Assembly: GCA_963815495.1 (NCBI GenBank) | Contig: CAWFGW010000001.1 | Coordinates: forward strand, 65,873-129,872 | From: an uncultured Cytophagales bacterium | GTDB lineage: Bacteria; Bacteroidota; Bacteroidia; Cytophagales; JAAEPT01 | Direction: 5' to 3' | Length of the DNA: 64,000 nt | Part shown: positions 35,198-45,242 of the stretch, piece after piece | Layout: the number at the start of each line of letters is the position of its first letter | How positions within the stretch are numbered: position 1 is the stretch's first letter | Translations under genes and position numbers: made by a program | The notes under the pieces: generated by a model | Seen by the model: only the letters and a program-made list of their open reading frames with translations | Told to the model about the DNA's origin: nothing | Database searches by the model: none

Positions 35198-35830
35198 TTG
35201 AACATAAAAATAAAAGTCTGTGGCATGCAGGATCCTGAGAACATCGAGGAGCTAGTGGCGTTACAACCTGACTACATAGGATTGATCTTCTATGAAGGGT
35301 CCAAACGGTATGCTGGAGCTACTCCTTCCATGGCTATTGAGGCGGTTATTCCAGATTCTATAGAGCCTGTAGGAGTTTTCGTGAACGAAGCGATGGAGGA
35401 AATTGAAGAAATTTCTGCCGATTATAACATCAACACCTTACAGTTGCATGGGGATGAATCACCTGAGTTTTGTGGTGAGTTAAAAAACAAAGGCTTTAAA
35501 GTGATTAAAGCTTTCGGAGTGGATGAGCAATTTGACTTTAAAAAGTTGGAACCTTACAAAAACAAAGTAGATTTCTTCCTGTTCGATACTAAGGGAAAGG
35601 AACATGGCGGAAATGGTGTAACTTTCGATTGGTCTATCTTAAAAAAATATGATAACTCAGTGCCTTTTTTCCTAAGTGGAGGTTTGAGTGCAGACAACAT
35701 TTCGGAAGTGTTAAAATTAGAAGGAATGAATATCCATGCAGTGGATGTAAATAGTAAATTTGAACTAGAACCAGGCGTGAAAGATGTTGAATTACTGAAA
35801 GAATCAGTGTTTAAAAAATTGAGAATATAG
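35198..35830 (+). CDS. trpF: phosphoribosylanthranilate isomerase
   Basis: 210 aa. MNIKIKVCGM N-terminus typical of TrpF. Apparent TTG start with no in-frame ATG upstream. Confidence 0.88.
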   Translation: MNIKIKVCGMQDPENIEELVALQPDYIGLIFYEGSKRYAGATPSMAIEAVIPDSIEPVGVFVNEAMEEIEEISADYNINTLQLHGDESPEFCGELKNKGFKVIKAFGVDEQFDFKKLEPYKNKVDFFLFDTKGKEHGGNGVTFDWSILKKYDNSVPFFLSGGLSADNISEVLKLEGMNIHAVDVNSKFELEPGVKDVELLKESVFKKLRI

Positions 35831-35904
35831 AACTAAAAGACAGCTAAACGGTGAATGATGGAACGCTGAATGTTGCCCGTCAAACCGTTAAGCGATCAGC
35901 GTAT

Positions 35905-37086
35905 ATGGAACATAAAATAAACGAAAAAGGATATTATGGACAGTATGGTGGAGCTTATATCCCTGAAATGCTGTATCCAAACGTAAAGGAATTAAAAGAT
36001 AATTACCTTAAAATCATGAACGAACCCAGCTTTAAGCAAGAGTTCAATGATTTGTTACGAGACTATGTTGGTCGTCCAACTCCCTTATACTTTGCTTCGC
36101 GGTTATCGGAAAAGTATAACACTAAAATCTATCTCAAAAGAGAGGATTTATGTCATACTGGTGCGCACAAAGTCAACAACACCTTAGGGCAAATTTTGGT
36201 GGCTAAACGTTTGGGAAAAACACGCATTATCGCTGAAACCGGAGCAGGACAACACGGTGTTGCCACTGCGACCATGTGTGCTTTAATGGGCCTACCATGC
36301 GTTATCTATATGGGAGAAGTTGACATCGAACGTCAGAAACCCAACGTAGAACGCATGAAGCTTATGGGAGCCGAAGTTCGACCAGCATCTAGCGGAAGTA
36401 AGACCTTAAAAGATGCCACCAATGAAGCGATTAGGGACTGGATCAATAACCCCGTTGATACCCACTACATCATCGGTTCGGTAGTAGGGCCTGATCCCTA
36501 TCCAGACATGGTAGCACGATTCCAGTCAGTAATTTCGGAAGAAATGAAATGGCAGCTTAAAGAAAAAACGGGTTCGGAAAACCCTGACTATGTCATTGCA
36601 TGTGTTGGCGGTGGTAGTAATGCAGCAGGTGCATTTTACCATTACCTCAACGAAGAAAGTGTGAAGTTAATCGCAGTGGAGGCTGCGGGGTTTGGTGTAG
36701 ATTCAGGTAAAACAGCCGCAACAACAGCAAAAGGAGCTTCAGGAATCATTCATGGCAGCAAAACCCTGTTGATGCAAACCGAAGATGGACAAATCATTGA
36801 ACCACACTCTATTTCTGCTGGGTTAGACTACCCTGGAATTGGTCCAATGCATGCCTATTTATTTGACTCAGGTCGGGGTATATTTTATAGCGCAACAGAT
36901 GACGAAGCTTACAATGCAGGCGTACTGTTAAGTAAAACTGAAGGCATTATCCCAGCCTTAGAAAGTGCCCATGCTATCGCAGCATTGGATTTTATTCAAT
37001 TTAAAAAAGATGATGTGGTCGTAATTAACTTATCGGGTAGAGGAGATAAGGATTTACAAACTTACATGGATCGAGGAGGGTATTAA
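35905..37086 (+). CDS. trpB: tryptophan synthase beta chain
   Basis: The ORF track begins at a GTG (35851). The ATG at 35905 gives [24 protein letters not shown] Lys motif HTGAHKVNN. Confidence 0.93.
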   Translation: MEHKINEKGYYGQYGGAYIPEMLYPNVKELKDNYLKIMNEPSFKQEFNDLLRDYVGRPTPLYFASRLSEKYNTKIYLKREDLCHTGAHKVNNTLGQILVAKRLGKTRIIAETGAGQHGVATATMCALMGLPCVIYMGEVDIERQKPNVERMKLMGAEVRPASSGSKTLKDATNEAIRDWINNPVDTHYIIGSVVGPDPYPDMVARFQSVISEEMKWQLKEKTGSENPDYVIACVGGGSNAAGAFYHYLNEESVKLIAVEAAGFGVDSGKTAATTAKGASGIIHGSKTLLMQTEDGQIIEPHSISAGLDYPGIGPMHAYLFDSGRGIFYSATDDEAYNAGVLLSKTEGIIPALESAHAIAALDFIQFKKDDVVVINLSGRGDKDLQTYMDRGGY

Positions 37087-37172
37087 ATGCATAACGTAAT
37101 TACGCAAAACGGAAAACGATAAAATATGCGGTTCAACCGTTTTGCGTTTAATCGTCAATCGTAAAAAAAACA

Positions 37173-37946
37173 ATGAACAGACTACAACAATTATTCAACG
37201 ATAAAAAGGAAAACCTCCTCAACGTATATTTTACGGCAGGTTACCCAACACTAAACGATACCACGCGGATTTTGAGTTTGCTCGAAAAGTCAGGGGCTGA
37301 TTTGGTAGAAATAGGTATGCCTTATTCCGACCCGATGGCCGATGGTCCTGTGATACAGGAAAGCAATGGTGTGGCTTTGGCCAATGGCATGTCGATCAAA
37401 AAGCTCTTCGAACAACTGGAAGGCATTCGTGAAAAAGTCTCTTTACCGGTCCTGTTGATGGGTTATTTAAACCCCGTGATGCAATACGGAATTGAAAACT
37501 TCTTGAAAAAAGCAGCAGAAGTAGGGGTCGATGGTATCATTGTGCCTGACTTACCAATGCAGGAATATGAAGACGAATACCAAGGGTTATTTGAAAAATA
37601 TGGTTTGTCAAATGTGTTTTTGGTAACCCCACAAACCACGCCTGAACGACTTAAAAAAATCGATAGTCTAACAAATGGTTTTGTTTATATCGTTTCCACC
37701 AATAGTACTACTGGAAATGAAACTAAAAAAGAAGATACCACGACTGAATATTTTGAGCGAATTAAAGCAGCAGGGTTGAAAAATGCGAGCCTGATTGGTT
37801 TTAATATCAAAGACAATGCTTCATTTGCGAATGCATGCAAATACTGTCATGGAGCCATTATCGGTAGTGCATTTATCAAGGTGTTAGAAAAAGGTGGTGA
37901 CTTAGAGAAAAGTATTCCGGAGTTTGTGAGAGGGGTGAGGGGCTGA
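37173..37946 (+). CDS. trpA: tryptophan synthase alpha chain
   Basis: 257 aa. EIGMPYSDPMADGPVIQ motif. Confidence 0.92.
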   Translation: MNRLQQLFNDKKENLLNVYFTAGYPTLNDTTRILSLLEKSGADLVEIGMPYSDPMADGPVIQESNGVALANGMSIKKLFEQLEGIREKVSLPVLLMGYLNPVMQYGIENFLKKAAEVGVDGIIVPDLPMQEYEDEYQGLFEKYGLSNVFLVTPQTTPERLKKIDSLTNGFVYIVSTNSTTGNETKKEDTTTEYFERIKAAGLKNASLIGFNIKDNASFANACKYCHGAIIGSAFIKVLEKGGDLEKSIPEFVRGVRG

Positions 37947-37951
37947 GAGCT

Positions 37952-38485
37952 ATGAGTAAATATTTGTTTGTACTCTGTGTTCTAAGTTCGTCAGTTTGTT
38001 GCTCCCAAGATTCATTATATGTCCAACCAAAAGCTGTTTTTAGTTTAAACCTACTCAATCCAGGCTTTCAAATTGAATATGGTTTAAATGAAATTATAAC
38101 ATTGAATTACGATTTCAATGTGGGTTTTATATACCTCACTTATGGTTATTTGGCTGAGAGTATCAAGCCAACCGTACAAAACAAATTGCAGTTAAGGGCA
38201 TATTATAATATTGATGAGCGAATGAAAAAAGGGAAGAATATTTCTAATTATTCGGCTAACTATGGCACTGCTTTTTTCTATTATTCTCCAACTCGGGAAA
38301 GAACACATCAACAAATTATTGATAATCTTCAAGCAATTTGTTTTGCATGGGGTCTTCAGCGGAATTATAAATCACATATTCATTTTGGTTTAGAATTGGG
38401 TTATGGTGTAGCTTTAAATGCAATGAATATTGATAATGGTCAAGGATTCCCGTTTATAGATTACAATTTTGGATTTGCTTTCTAA
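37952..38485 (+). CDS. hypothetical secreted protein (beta-strand-rich, possibly outer membrane)
   Basis: 177 aa with a signal peptide, alternating aromatic/polar pattern and a C-terminal aromatic residue (F). Confidence 0.4.
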   Translation: MSKYLFVLCVLSSSVCCSQDSLYVQPKAVFSLNLLNPGFQIEYGLNEIITLNYDFNVGFIYLTYGYLAESIKPTVQNKLQLRAYYNIDERMKKGKNISNYSANYGTAFFYYSPTRERTHQQIIDNLQAICFAWGLQRNYKSHIHFGLELGYGVALNAMNIDNGQGFPFIDYNFGFAF

Positions 38486-38489
38486 TTCT

Positions 38490-39683
38490 TCACCTACAAC
38501 TCTTCTCAATCACCTCATCCACAAACACATGCCCATTCTTTTTTGCTTTTTCAAACGAGTTGCAGGCTTCGGCTAAACCAAGCTCCAGTTCGCACAAACC
38601 TTTCATATATAATGCATCGCGATTAGCGCTTCTTAAAAACAAGGCACCACGTAAATCCTCTAGTGCCGCTTGATAGTTCTTGAGGTTATAGTTGGTGATT
38701 GCACTTTGATAATAAGTGTCGAAGTGTTCCTGAGGTGCATCTGAAGGTACAAACTGAAAGCCTACATTTTTATACTGTTCACTTAAAATTTGTTTTGCTT
38801 GCAGATGCCAGGTGACTGCTTGTTCAAGATCATTATAGTTGTCACGGTAAATAACAGCTAACAAAGTTGGTATTTCCGGAGACTCATCAGTTTGTACGGC
38901 TAATAGCAGGTCGATAGCCTTTTCCGTCTGGTTGTTGTAATAATAGGCTAAGCCCAGATAATAAATATATTTATCTTTATGGGTAAGTTCACTATTATTA
39001 CTTAGTACAGTAAAAGCTTCAATTGCTTTGTTGTATCTTCCTTCTTGTAAGTCTAAGGTGCCTTTTCTCGTAATGTCGTATAAAATTGTGCGTTTGAAAT
39101 CTATTGATTCAAGGTACTTGGGAAGCTCTTCAATGAGTTGATTGGCTAGTTGTAAACTTGCTGCATAATTTTTGTTTTCAAGTTGTGTTTCTGCTTCGGT
39201 GCTTAGTTTTATAAAGGTGTTTCTTGCAGCAATACCTTTTCTTTTTAACGTTTCTTGTTGGTGGTATTGCACCAAGTTGGCTACGCCAATTGAACCAAAC
39301 ACTAAGACCGTGCTCAAGCAAAGGACGGCTATAAAGTGTTTGTTTTTTAGATTGAGCCAACTGTCTTTTCTGTAATAGGGGGTATAGGTTGGTTTACTGA
39401 ATTGGTAAGTCTTGGGTTGGGTATAGGTTTGGTAGTGACTGGTGCTTTGTTGATTATATGACTGAAATTGCTGGTAACTTAAAATAGCATCATAGCGTGA
39501 TTTTTTTGCTGGACTACTAAGTGTATCATAGGCGAGAGCAATTTTTTTAAAAAGTTCTTCCGCATGAGGGTTATTAGGATTTTTATCAGGATGATATCGT
39601 AAAGCTAATTTCCGATAAGCGGACTTTATCTCCTCATAAGAGGCGTTTTCGGAAATGTTAAGTAGCTCGTAATGGTTCTTCAT
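38490..39683 (-). CDS. J-domain protein with a TM segment and TPR-like repeats
   Basis: 397 aa. DnaJ domain YELLNI...YRKLALRYHPDKNP, and a C-terminal half with TPR-like repeats. Confidence 0.75.
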   Translation of the reverse strand: MKNHYELLNISENASYEEIKSAYRKLALRYHPDKNPNNPHAEELFKKIALAYDTLSSPAKKSRYDAILSYQQFQSYNQQSTSHYQTYTQPKTYQFSKPTYTPYYRKDSWLNLKNKHFIAVLCLSTVLVFGSIGVANLVQYHQQETLKRKGIAARNTFIKLSTEAETQLENKNYAASLQLANQLIEELPKYLESIDFKRTILYDITRKGTLDLQEGRYNKAIEAFTVLSNNSELTHKDKYIYYLGLAYYYNNQTEKAIDLLLAVQTDESPEIPTLLAVIYRDNYNDLEQAVTWHLQAKQILSEQYKNVGFQFVPSDAPQEHFDTYYQSAITNYNLKNYQAALEDLRGALFLRSANRDALYMKGLCELELGLAEACNSFEKAKKNGHVFVDEVIEKSCR

Positions 39684-39726
39684 TTAATTGATATCTCTTT
39701 AAAGATAATGAACCTACTCTAAAAAG

Positions 39727-40989
39727 TTACTTTGAGTTCAACTCGTGGAGTGTTTTTTCTTCATGAATGGGGTGCGCATTTTTTGAAGACCCCACAATTT
39801 GTGCTTTGTAAATCCCTGTATGTCCTGAAAACAGGTAAGCCACAATACAAGCGATACCTATATACGTTCCCCCTTCTGCACCAAACAATTCAATACCCAT
39901 AAAAATACAAGCTAAGGGAGTATTTGCTGCTGCTGCAAACACGGCCACAAAACCACAACCCACTAATAATGCCATAGGCAGAGGAATAAAAAATGAAAGC
40001 GCATTACCCAGTGTAGCACCTATAAAAAACAAAGGTGTAACTTCACCACCTTTATAACCTGCTCCTAAAGTGATGGCTGTGAAAATAATTTTCACCGCAA
40101 AGTCATACCAAGGTAGTGGTGATGAGAAAGCTTCCACAATGGTTGGAACTCCGAGACCGATGTATTTGGTTGTTCCAATGCTCCACACTAGTAAAGCGAT
40201 AATAATTCCCCCTACAAAAGGTCGCAAAGGAGGAAAATAAATGTGTTTTCCATATAATTTCCCTAACTCGCGTGTTAAGACACTAAAACTCATTCCGGCT
40301 AAACCAAAGAATAATCCACCTATGATTATCCAAAGAATATTGATGGTAGTAAGTGGAGGTATTGCATCGATAAAATAGGCCGTGTGACCAACCCCCCAGG
40401 CAGTCGTAACATAATCGGCTAAAGCAGCAGATAGGAAACAAGGTAAAATAGCTTTATAATTAATTCGCCCTATAAAGGCCATTTCCAAACCGAAAATAGC
40501 ACCAGCTAGTGGGGTACCAAATACAGAAGCGAATCCAGCACTTACTCCAGCTGCAATTAACATTCTACGATTTTCATTATCAAACTGAAAAACGCGATGC
40601 AATTGATCAGCAATGGAACCACCCATTTGTACAGCAGTACCTTCACGACCAGCGGAGCCACCAAAGAAGTGAGTTGCCACAGTTCCAACCAGTACAAATG
40701 GCGCCATTAAGATAGAAATCAACTTTGTTGGCTGTTGGATTTCTTCAATAATGAGGTTATTACCCGCCTCAACCTCTTTCCCGAAATAATGATAGAGCAG
40801 ACCAATAGCCATACCTCCAACGGGCAGGGTCCAAATAATCCATGGATGGGCTTCTCGCCAGTTGGTTGCCCACTCTAATGACACTAAGAAAAAAGCAGAC
40901 GCACTCCCTACAGTTAAACCGATGAAAGAACTAATAAGAAGTCCACGGAATATGAATTGAAGTAGTTGTAGGTGCTCTTTTGCCTTCAA
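39727..40989 (-). CDS. CLC-family anion channel/antiporter, possibly the fluoride-type CLC-F
   Basis: 420 aa. GREGT and GTPLAG motifs. GNNLI replaces the canonical GSGIP. Confidence 0.8.
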   Translation of the reverse strand: MKAKEHLQLLQFIFRGLLISSFIGLTVGSASAFFLVSLEWATNWREAHPWIIWTLPVGGMAIGLLYHYFGKEVEAGNNLIIEEIQQPTKLISILMAPFVLVGTVATHFFGGSAGREGTAVQMGGSIADQLHRVFQFDNENRRMLIAAGVSAGFASVFGTPLAGAIFGLEMAFIGRINYKAILPCFLSAALADYVTTAWGVGHTAYFIDAIPPLTTINILWIIIGGLFFGLAGMSFSVLTRELGKLYGKHIYFPPLRPFVGGIIIALLVWSIGTTKYIGLGVPTIVEAFSSPLPWYDFAVKIIFTAITLGAGYKGGEVTPLFFIGATLGNALSFFIPLPMALLVGCGFVAVFAAAANTPLACIFMGIELFGAEGGTYIGIACIVAYLFSGHTGIYKAQIVGSSKNAHPIHEEKTLHELNSK

Positions 40990-40991
40990 AA

Positions 40992-42266
40992 TTAGTTGAT
41001 AAGGTCAAACCCTGTATAAGGACGTAAAATTTCTGGAATAACAATTCCTTCTTCCGTTTGGTTGTTTTCAAGCAAAGCTGCTAAAATACGAGGCAAAGCC
41101 AAAGCACTACCGTTGAGGGTATGCAACAACCGTGATTTTTTATCTTCGTCTTTGAAGCGAAGTTTTAAGCGGTTGGCCTGATATGTTTCAAAATTACTTA
41201 CAGAACTTACCTCTAGCCACATTTTCTGTGCAGCAGAATACACTTCTAAATCATATGTCAAGGCAGAGGTGAAGCTAATGTCTCCACCACAAAGGGTTAA
41301 AATGCGGTAGGGGAGTTCCAGTTTTTCAAGAAGGCTTTGTACATGTTTACACATTCCTTCCAAAGCTTCATATGATTTGTCTGGATGTTGTATTTGTACT
41401 ATTTCTACTTTGTCAAATTGATGTAGTCGGTTAAGTCCTCGTACGTGAGCACCCCAAGAGCCCGCTTCTCTTCTGAAACAAGGGGTATATCCAGCATGTT
41501 TTATTGGAAGGTCGCTTTCTTTCAAAATCACATCGCGGTACATGTTGGTGATTGGCACTTCCGCTGTAGGAATCAAATAGAGGTTGTCACCACTAGCATG
41601 ATACATTTGGCCTTCTTTGTCAGGCAATTGTCCCGTAGCATACCCCGATTCTTCATTCACCAAAATAGGGGGTTGCACTTCACTATAACCAGCTTTCACT
41701 GCTTCATCCAAGAAAAAATTAACTAGTGCACGTTGTAATCTAGCACCTTTTCCTTTGTATACAGGAAAGCCAGCACCCGTGATTTTAGTACCTAACTCAA
41801 AATCAATGATGTCATATTTCTTTATCAACTCCCATTGTGGTAAGGCGTTTTCAGGAAGTTTTATTTCCTTTTTCCATTCGTAAGTGGTAATGTTGTCTTC
41901 CGCACTTTTTCCTTCTGGTACTTTATTGTTGGGTATATTTGGGATGGTGTATAACAAATCACGCACCTGGTCTTCAAGCGTTTTCACTTTATCTTTCAAT
42001 ACGCTTGCGGCTTCTTTCAGAATTGTTGTTTCTTTTTTTATGTCTTCAGCCTCTTCTCTTTTGCCCTCTTTCATCAATAGCCCAATCTGTTTTGCAATTG
42101 AATTTGCTTTGGTGAGGTTACTATCTAGTTCTTGTTGCGTTGATTTTCGTGCCTCATCAAGTTGAATAACTTGATCAATGGTTTCTTCCGCATTTTTAAA
42201 CCGTTTAACTTCTAAACCCTTTAAAACAGTGTTTTTGTTTTCTTTAATGAAAGCTATCTCCAGCAT
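40992..42266 (-). CDS. serS: seryl-tRNA synthetase
   Basis: The ORF opens with GTG at 42287. The ATG at 42266 gives MLEIAFIKENK. Class II motifs (FRREAGS, GSALA). Confidence 0.92.
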   Translation of the reverse strand: MLEIAFIKENKNTVLKGLEVKRFKNAEETIDQVIQLDEARKSTQQELDSNLTKANSIAKQIGLLMKEGKREEAEDIKKETTILKEAASVLKDKVKTLEDQVRDLLYTIPNIPNNKVPEGKSAEDNITTYEWKKEIKLPENALPQWELIKKYDIIDFELGTKITGAGFPVYKGKGARLQRALVNFFLDEAVKAGYSEVQPPILVNEESGYATGQLPDKEGQMYHASGDNLYLIPTAEVPITNMYRDVILKESDLPIKHAGYTPCFRREAGSWGAHVRGLNRLHQFDKVEIVQIQHPDKSYEALEGMCKHVQSLLEKLELPYRILTLCGGDISFTSALTYDLEVYSAAQKMWLEVSSVSNFETYQANRLKLRFKDEDKKSRLLHTLNGSALALPRILAALLENNQTEEGIVIPEILRPYTGFDLIN

Positions 42267-42500
42267 AATGTTTTTAAAATTTGTCACAAAAATAAAGGGA
42301 TAGATAGAAACAACATGAAATAAGTGATAAATAAATTATTTTAAATTTGTTTCTTAAAGTCGGTAGTGATATACTTGTACATCGAAGAAGGCACCCAGCC
42401 TCTTTAGTTTAGCATTTCTACAGTAACTACACGTTATTTCCTAGAACTTTAAATAATCAAATAAAACTTATTATTAACCAAAATTAGTCACTGACTTTTC

Positions 42501-44165
42501 ATGTACAGTATTGATGAATTAGAACTGAAATTGCTTTCTGAGTTAAAGCAAATCGGAGAAGAGTTGAACTTAAAAAAGTTCAAAACCCTTACAAAACAAG
42601 AGCTTATTTATTCTATTCTTGATCACCAAGCCCAAAACCCGGGTCAAGTAGAAGCAATTAAAAAGAGAGAGTCTAAAGTAGAAGCGAAAGATTTAGCTCA
42701 GCCAGAATCGAACACTCCTAAAGCTGCTCCATCTCCTAAAAAGCAAGCTGCTTCAGAAGGATTTGAAGTAAGCGAGTCTGCTGCTCCAGCTCCGGCTAAA
42801 AAAAGTCGGTTTAAGCGAGAGAAAGTAGTAGAAGTAGAAGGTGTAGAGGAAATTCCTGAAACAATTACTTCCGCTCCTCCAAAATATAAAGAGCGAACAA
42901 GAGAAAAGGCAGTCTCTTCCTCCAACGGATCGGGATCTGCAGATACTCAAACAGACGTTGCTACAGCACCAGCTCCTCGAGAGCGAGCGCAACGACCCGC
43001 GCGCCAAGCTGCTGCACCAGTATCAACCAACTCCGTTAACTTAAAAGAGTTTGACGGGATTATTGAAAGCCAAGGCGTATTAGAAATAATGCAAGATGGT
43101 TACGGTTTCCTTCGCTCATCAGATTATAACTACTTAGCAAGTCCTGATGATATTTATGTGTCGCCTTCTCAAATCAAATTGTTTGGTTTAAAAACCGGAG
43201 ATACTGTAAAAGGAGATATCCGTCCTCCAAAAGAAGGTGAGAAATATTTTGCGTTATTAAAAGTAACGGATGTTAACGGTAGAACGACTGAAGAAATCAG
43301 AGACCGTATTCCTTTTGAATACTTAACACCTTTATTTCCTCAAGAAAAATTAAACCTCTTTACTAAACCTTCTGAATATTCTACTCGAATAGTGGATATG
43401 TTCTCTCCAATTGGAAAAGGACAAAGAGGGATGATTGTAGCACAACCAAAAACAGGTAAAACAGTCTTGTTGAAGCAAATTGCCAATGCAATAGCTGAAA
43501 ATCACCCGGAGTGTTATTTGATGATTCTTTTGATAGACGAACGTCCTGAAGAAGTAACAGATATGGCGCGTAGTGTAAAGGCTGAAGTTATCTCTTCAAC
43601 CTTTGATGAGCAAGCTGAACGTCATGTGAAAGTTACTACAATGGTGCTTGAGAAAGCAAAAAGAATGGTAGAGTGTGGTCATGATGTAGTTATCCTATTG
43701 GATTCTATCACGCGACTAGCTAGAGCTTACAACACGGTTGTACCTTCATCAGGTAAAATATTATCAGGTGGTGTGGATGCAAATGCTTTACACAAACCAA
43801 AACGTTTCTTTGGAGCCGCTAGAAATGTTGAGAACGGTGGTTCTTTAACTATCATAGCTACCGCGTTAACTGAAACAGGTTCTAAGATGGATGAGGTTAT
43901 CTTCGAAGAATTCAAAGGTACTGGTAACATGGAACTTCAATTGGATCGTAAGTTGGCTAACAAACGTGTGTATCCTGCGATTGATGTGCCGGCAAGTGGT
44001 ACACGTAGAGAAGACCTGTTAATGGACAAAGAACAACTTCAACGTATCTGGATCTTACGTAAGTTTATGTCCGATATGAATTCTAATGAAGCTATGGAAT
44101 TCTTATTGAGCCGAATGAAAGGCACGAAGGATAACGAAGAGTTCTTAATTTCTATGAACGGATAA
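42501..44165 (+). CDS. rho: transcription termination factor Rho with a ~135-aa low-complexity insertion
   Basis: 554 aa. N-terminal helix bundle, an A/P/E/K/S-rich insert (aa ~44-178), the cold-shock-like domain GFLRS, and Walker A PKTGKT. Confidence 0.93.
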   Translation: MYSIDELELKLLSELKQIGEELNLKKFKTLTKQELIYSILDHQAQNPGQVEAIKKRESKVEAKDLAQPESNTPKAAPSPKKQAASEGFEVSESAAPAPAKKSRFKREKVVEVEGVEEIPETITSAPPKYKERTREKAVSSSNGSGSADTQTDVATAPAPRERAQRPARQAAAPVSTNSVNLKEFDGIIESQGVLEIMQDGYGFLRSSDYNYLASPDDIYVSPSQIKLFGLKTGDTVKGDIRPPKEGEKYFALLKVTDVNGRTTEEIRDRIPFEYLTPLFPQEKLNLFTKPSEYSTRIVDMFSPIGKGQRGMIVAQPKTGKTVLLKQIANAIAENHPECYLMILLIDERPEEVTDMARSVKAEVISSTFDEQAERHVKVTTMVLEKAKRMVECGHDVVILLDSITRLARAYNTVVPSSGKILSGGVDANALHKPKRFFGAARNVENGGSLTIIATALTETGSKMDEVIFEEFKGTGNMELQLDRKLANKRVYPAIDVPASGTRREDLLMDKEQLQRIWILRKFMSDMNSNEAMEFLLSRMKGTKDNEEFLISMNG

Positions 44166-44189
44166 GCTTAACAGCTTGAAAAATATACA

Positions 44190-44223
44190 GGGCATTGAAA
44201 ATTATTTTCAATGCCCTTTTTTT
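44190..44223 (+). terminator. intrinsic terminator after rho
   Basis: gggcattgaaaat / attttcaatgccc stem followed by T7. Confidence 0.8.
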
Positions 44224-44360
44224 ATGAGTGAATTTTAATGTCTAAAAAAATGCCAATGTCAGTGCCCTCATTGACAATTTTAACAGGCTTAGGCTTCAAG
44301 TTAGTCAGTGAAGAAACTGACTAAGGCGGTAAGGTTGTGAATCTTTACTATTTCTGACAA

Positions 44361-45242
44361 CTAGTAAATAGCCACCACATGCACATCAAATATTAAAATA
44401 GAGTTAGCAGGTATTTTATCCTTAGCAATATTGCCGTAGGCTAAATGAGAAGGGATGATTATTTTAGCTTTTGCGCCATTTGGAATGTTACGAAACACAT
44501 CGTCCCATCCTTCAATTACGTCACCGCTTCCCACTGTAAAAGTGATAGAGTGGCCCACATCTTCATAAGAAGACTCGAAAATTTGTCCATCAATAAGCTG
44601 TCCTACATAATTAAACACCACAGCGCTAGCTTCATTTGGTAGTTTATCGTTATCCAGTTTTTTTTCAAGAATAGTGTAATAAACCCCTTTATTAGTTTTT
44701 TTAAAATCAAACCCTGATTTTTTGATGTACTCCTGAATCTTAGCTTCTTCTTTCTTTTTTCTCTTAGCGATGACTTCGGGTTTTTCTTTCAGGTTAGAAT
44801 CATAATAAGCCGTTTGCTCGTCTTTGTATTCTTGTTGCGACCTGATTTTTAAGGTTTTGATTGTTACTTTTAAATCGCTACCATGCGTAATTGATTCTGG
44901 AAAAGGTTTTCTGAAAACCTTCATGTACATCGAGTCAGCGTTTATCCAGAAAGAAGCACTATCCCCTTCTGACATTAAGGCAACAGCTTCATAAATGTCT
45001 GCATCAAAATGGGGATACTTCAAAGGAAATAAGATGGGTTTACCTTCTGAAAAAGAGTTGCGAATTTCCTCTCCTTTATCATCAACAATAAGCATGTGCA
45101 GCGAAATTAAATCTCCTATTTTGGGTAAATCTCCTTTAGAGTTGATGTAAAACTCATGTTTGAGACCTTTTTCAGTTTCTAAAACCTGAGAAAAAGAGAC
45201 TGATGCTAATAATAATGAGGTGATTAGTAAGGTGATTTTCAT
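44361..45242 (-). CDS. FKBP-type peptidyl-prolyl cis-trans isomerase (secreted)
   Basis: The likely start MKITLLITSLL (45242) overlaps the upstream stop as ATGA. C-terminal FKBP domain (GDVIEGWD, IPANSILIFDV). Confidence 0.8.
   Translation of the reverse strand: MKITLLITSLLLASVSFSQVLETEKGLKHEFYINSKGDLPKIGDLISLHMLIVDDKGEEIRNSFSEGKPILFPLKYPHFDADIYEAVALMSEGDSASFWINADSMYMKVFRKPFPESITHGSDLKVTIKTLKIRSQQEYKDEQTAYYDSNLKEKPEVIAKRKKKEEAKIQEYIKKSGFDFKKTNKGVYYTILEKKLDNDKLPNEASAVVFNYVGQLIDGQIFESSYEDVGHSITFTVGSGDVIEGWDDVFRNIPNGAKAKIIIPSHLAYGNIAKDKIPANSILIFDVHVVAIY

Noticed and set aside
44225-44360. A hairpin, ttagtcagt-gaagaa-actgactaa (44301-44324), and a 28-codon ORF (44235-44321) between rho and the FKBP gene
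   Set aside because: The hairpin has no T-run on either strand. The mini-ORF has no supporting signal (no -7 box seen, no conservation testable here). It is not strong enough to report as a feature.
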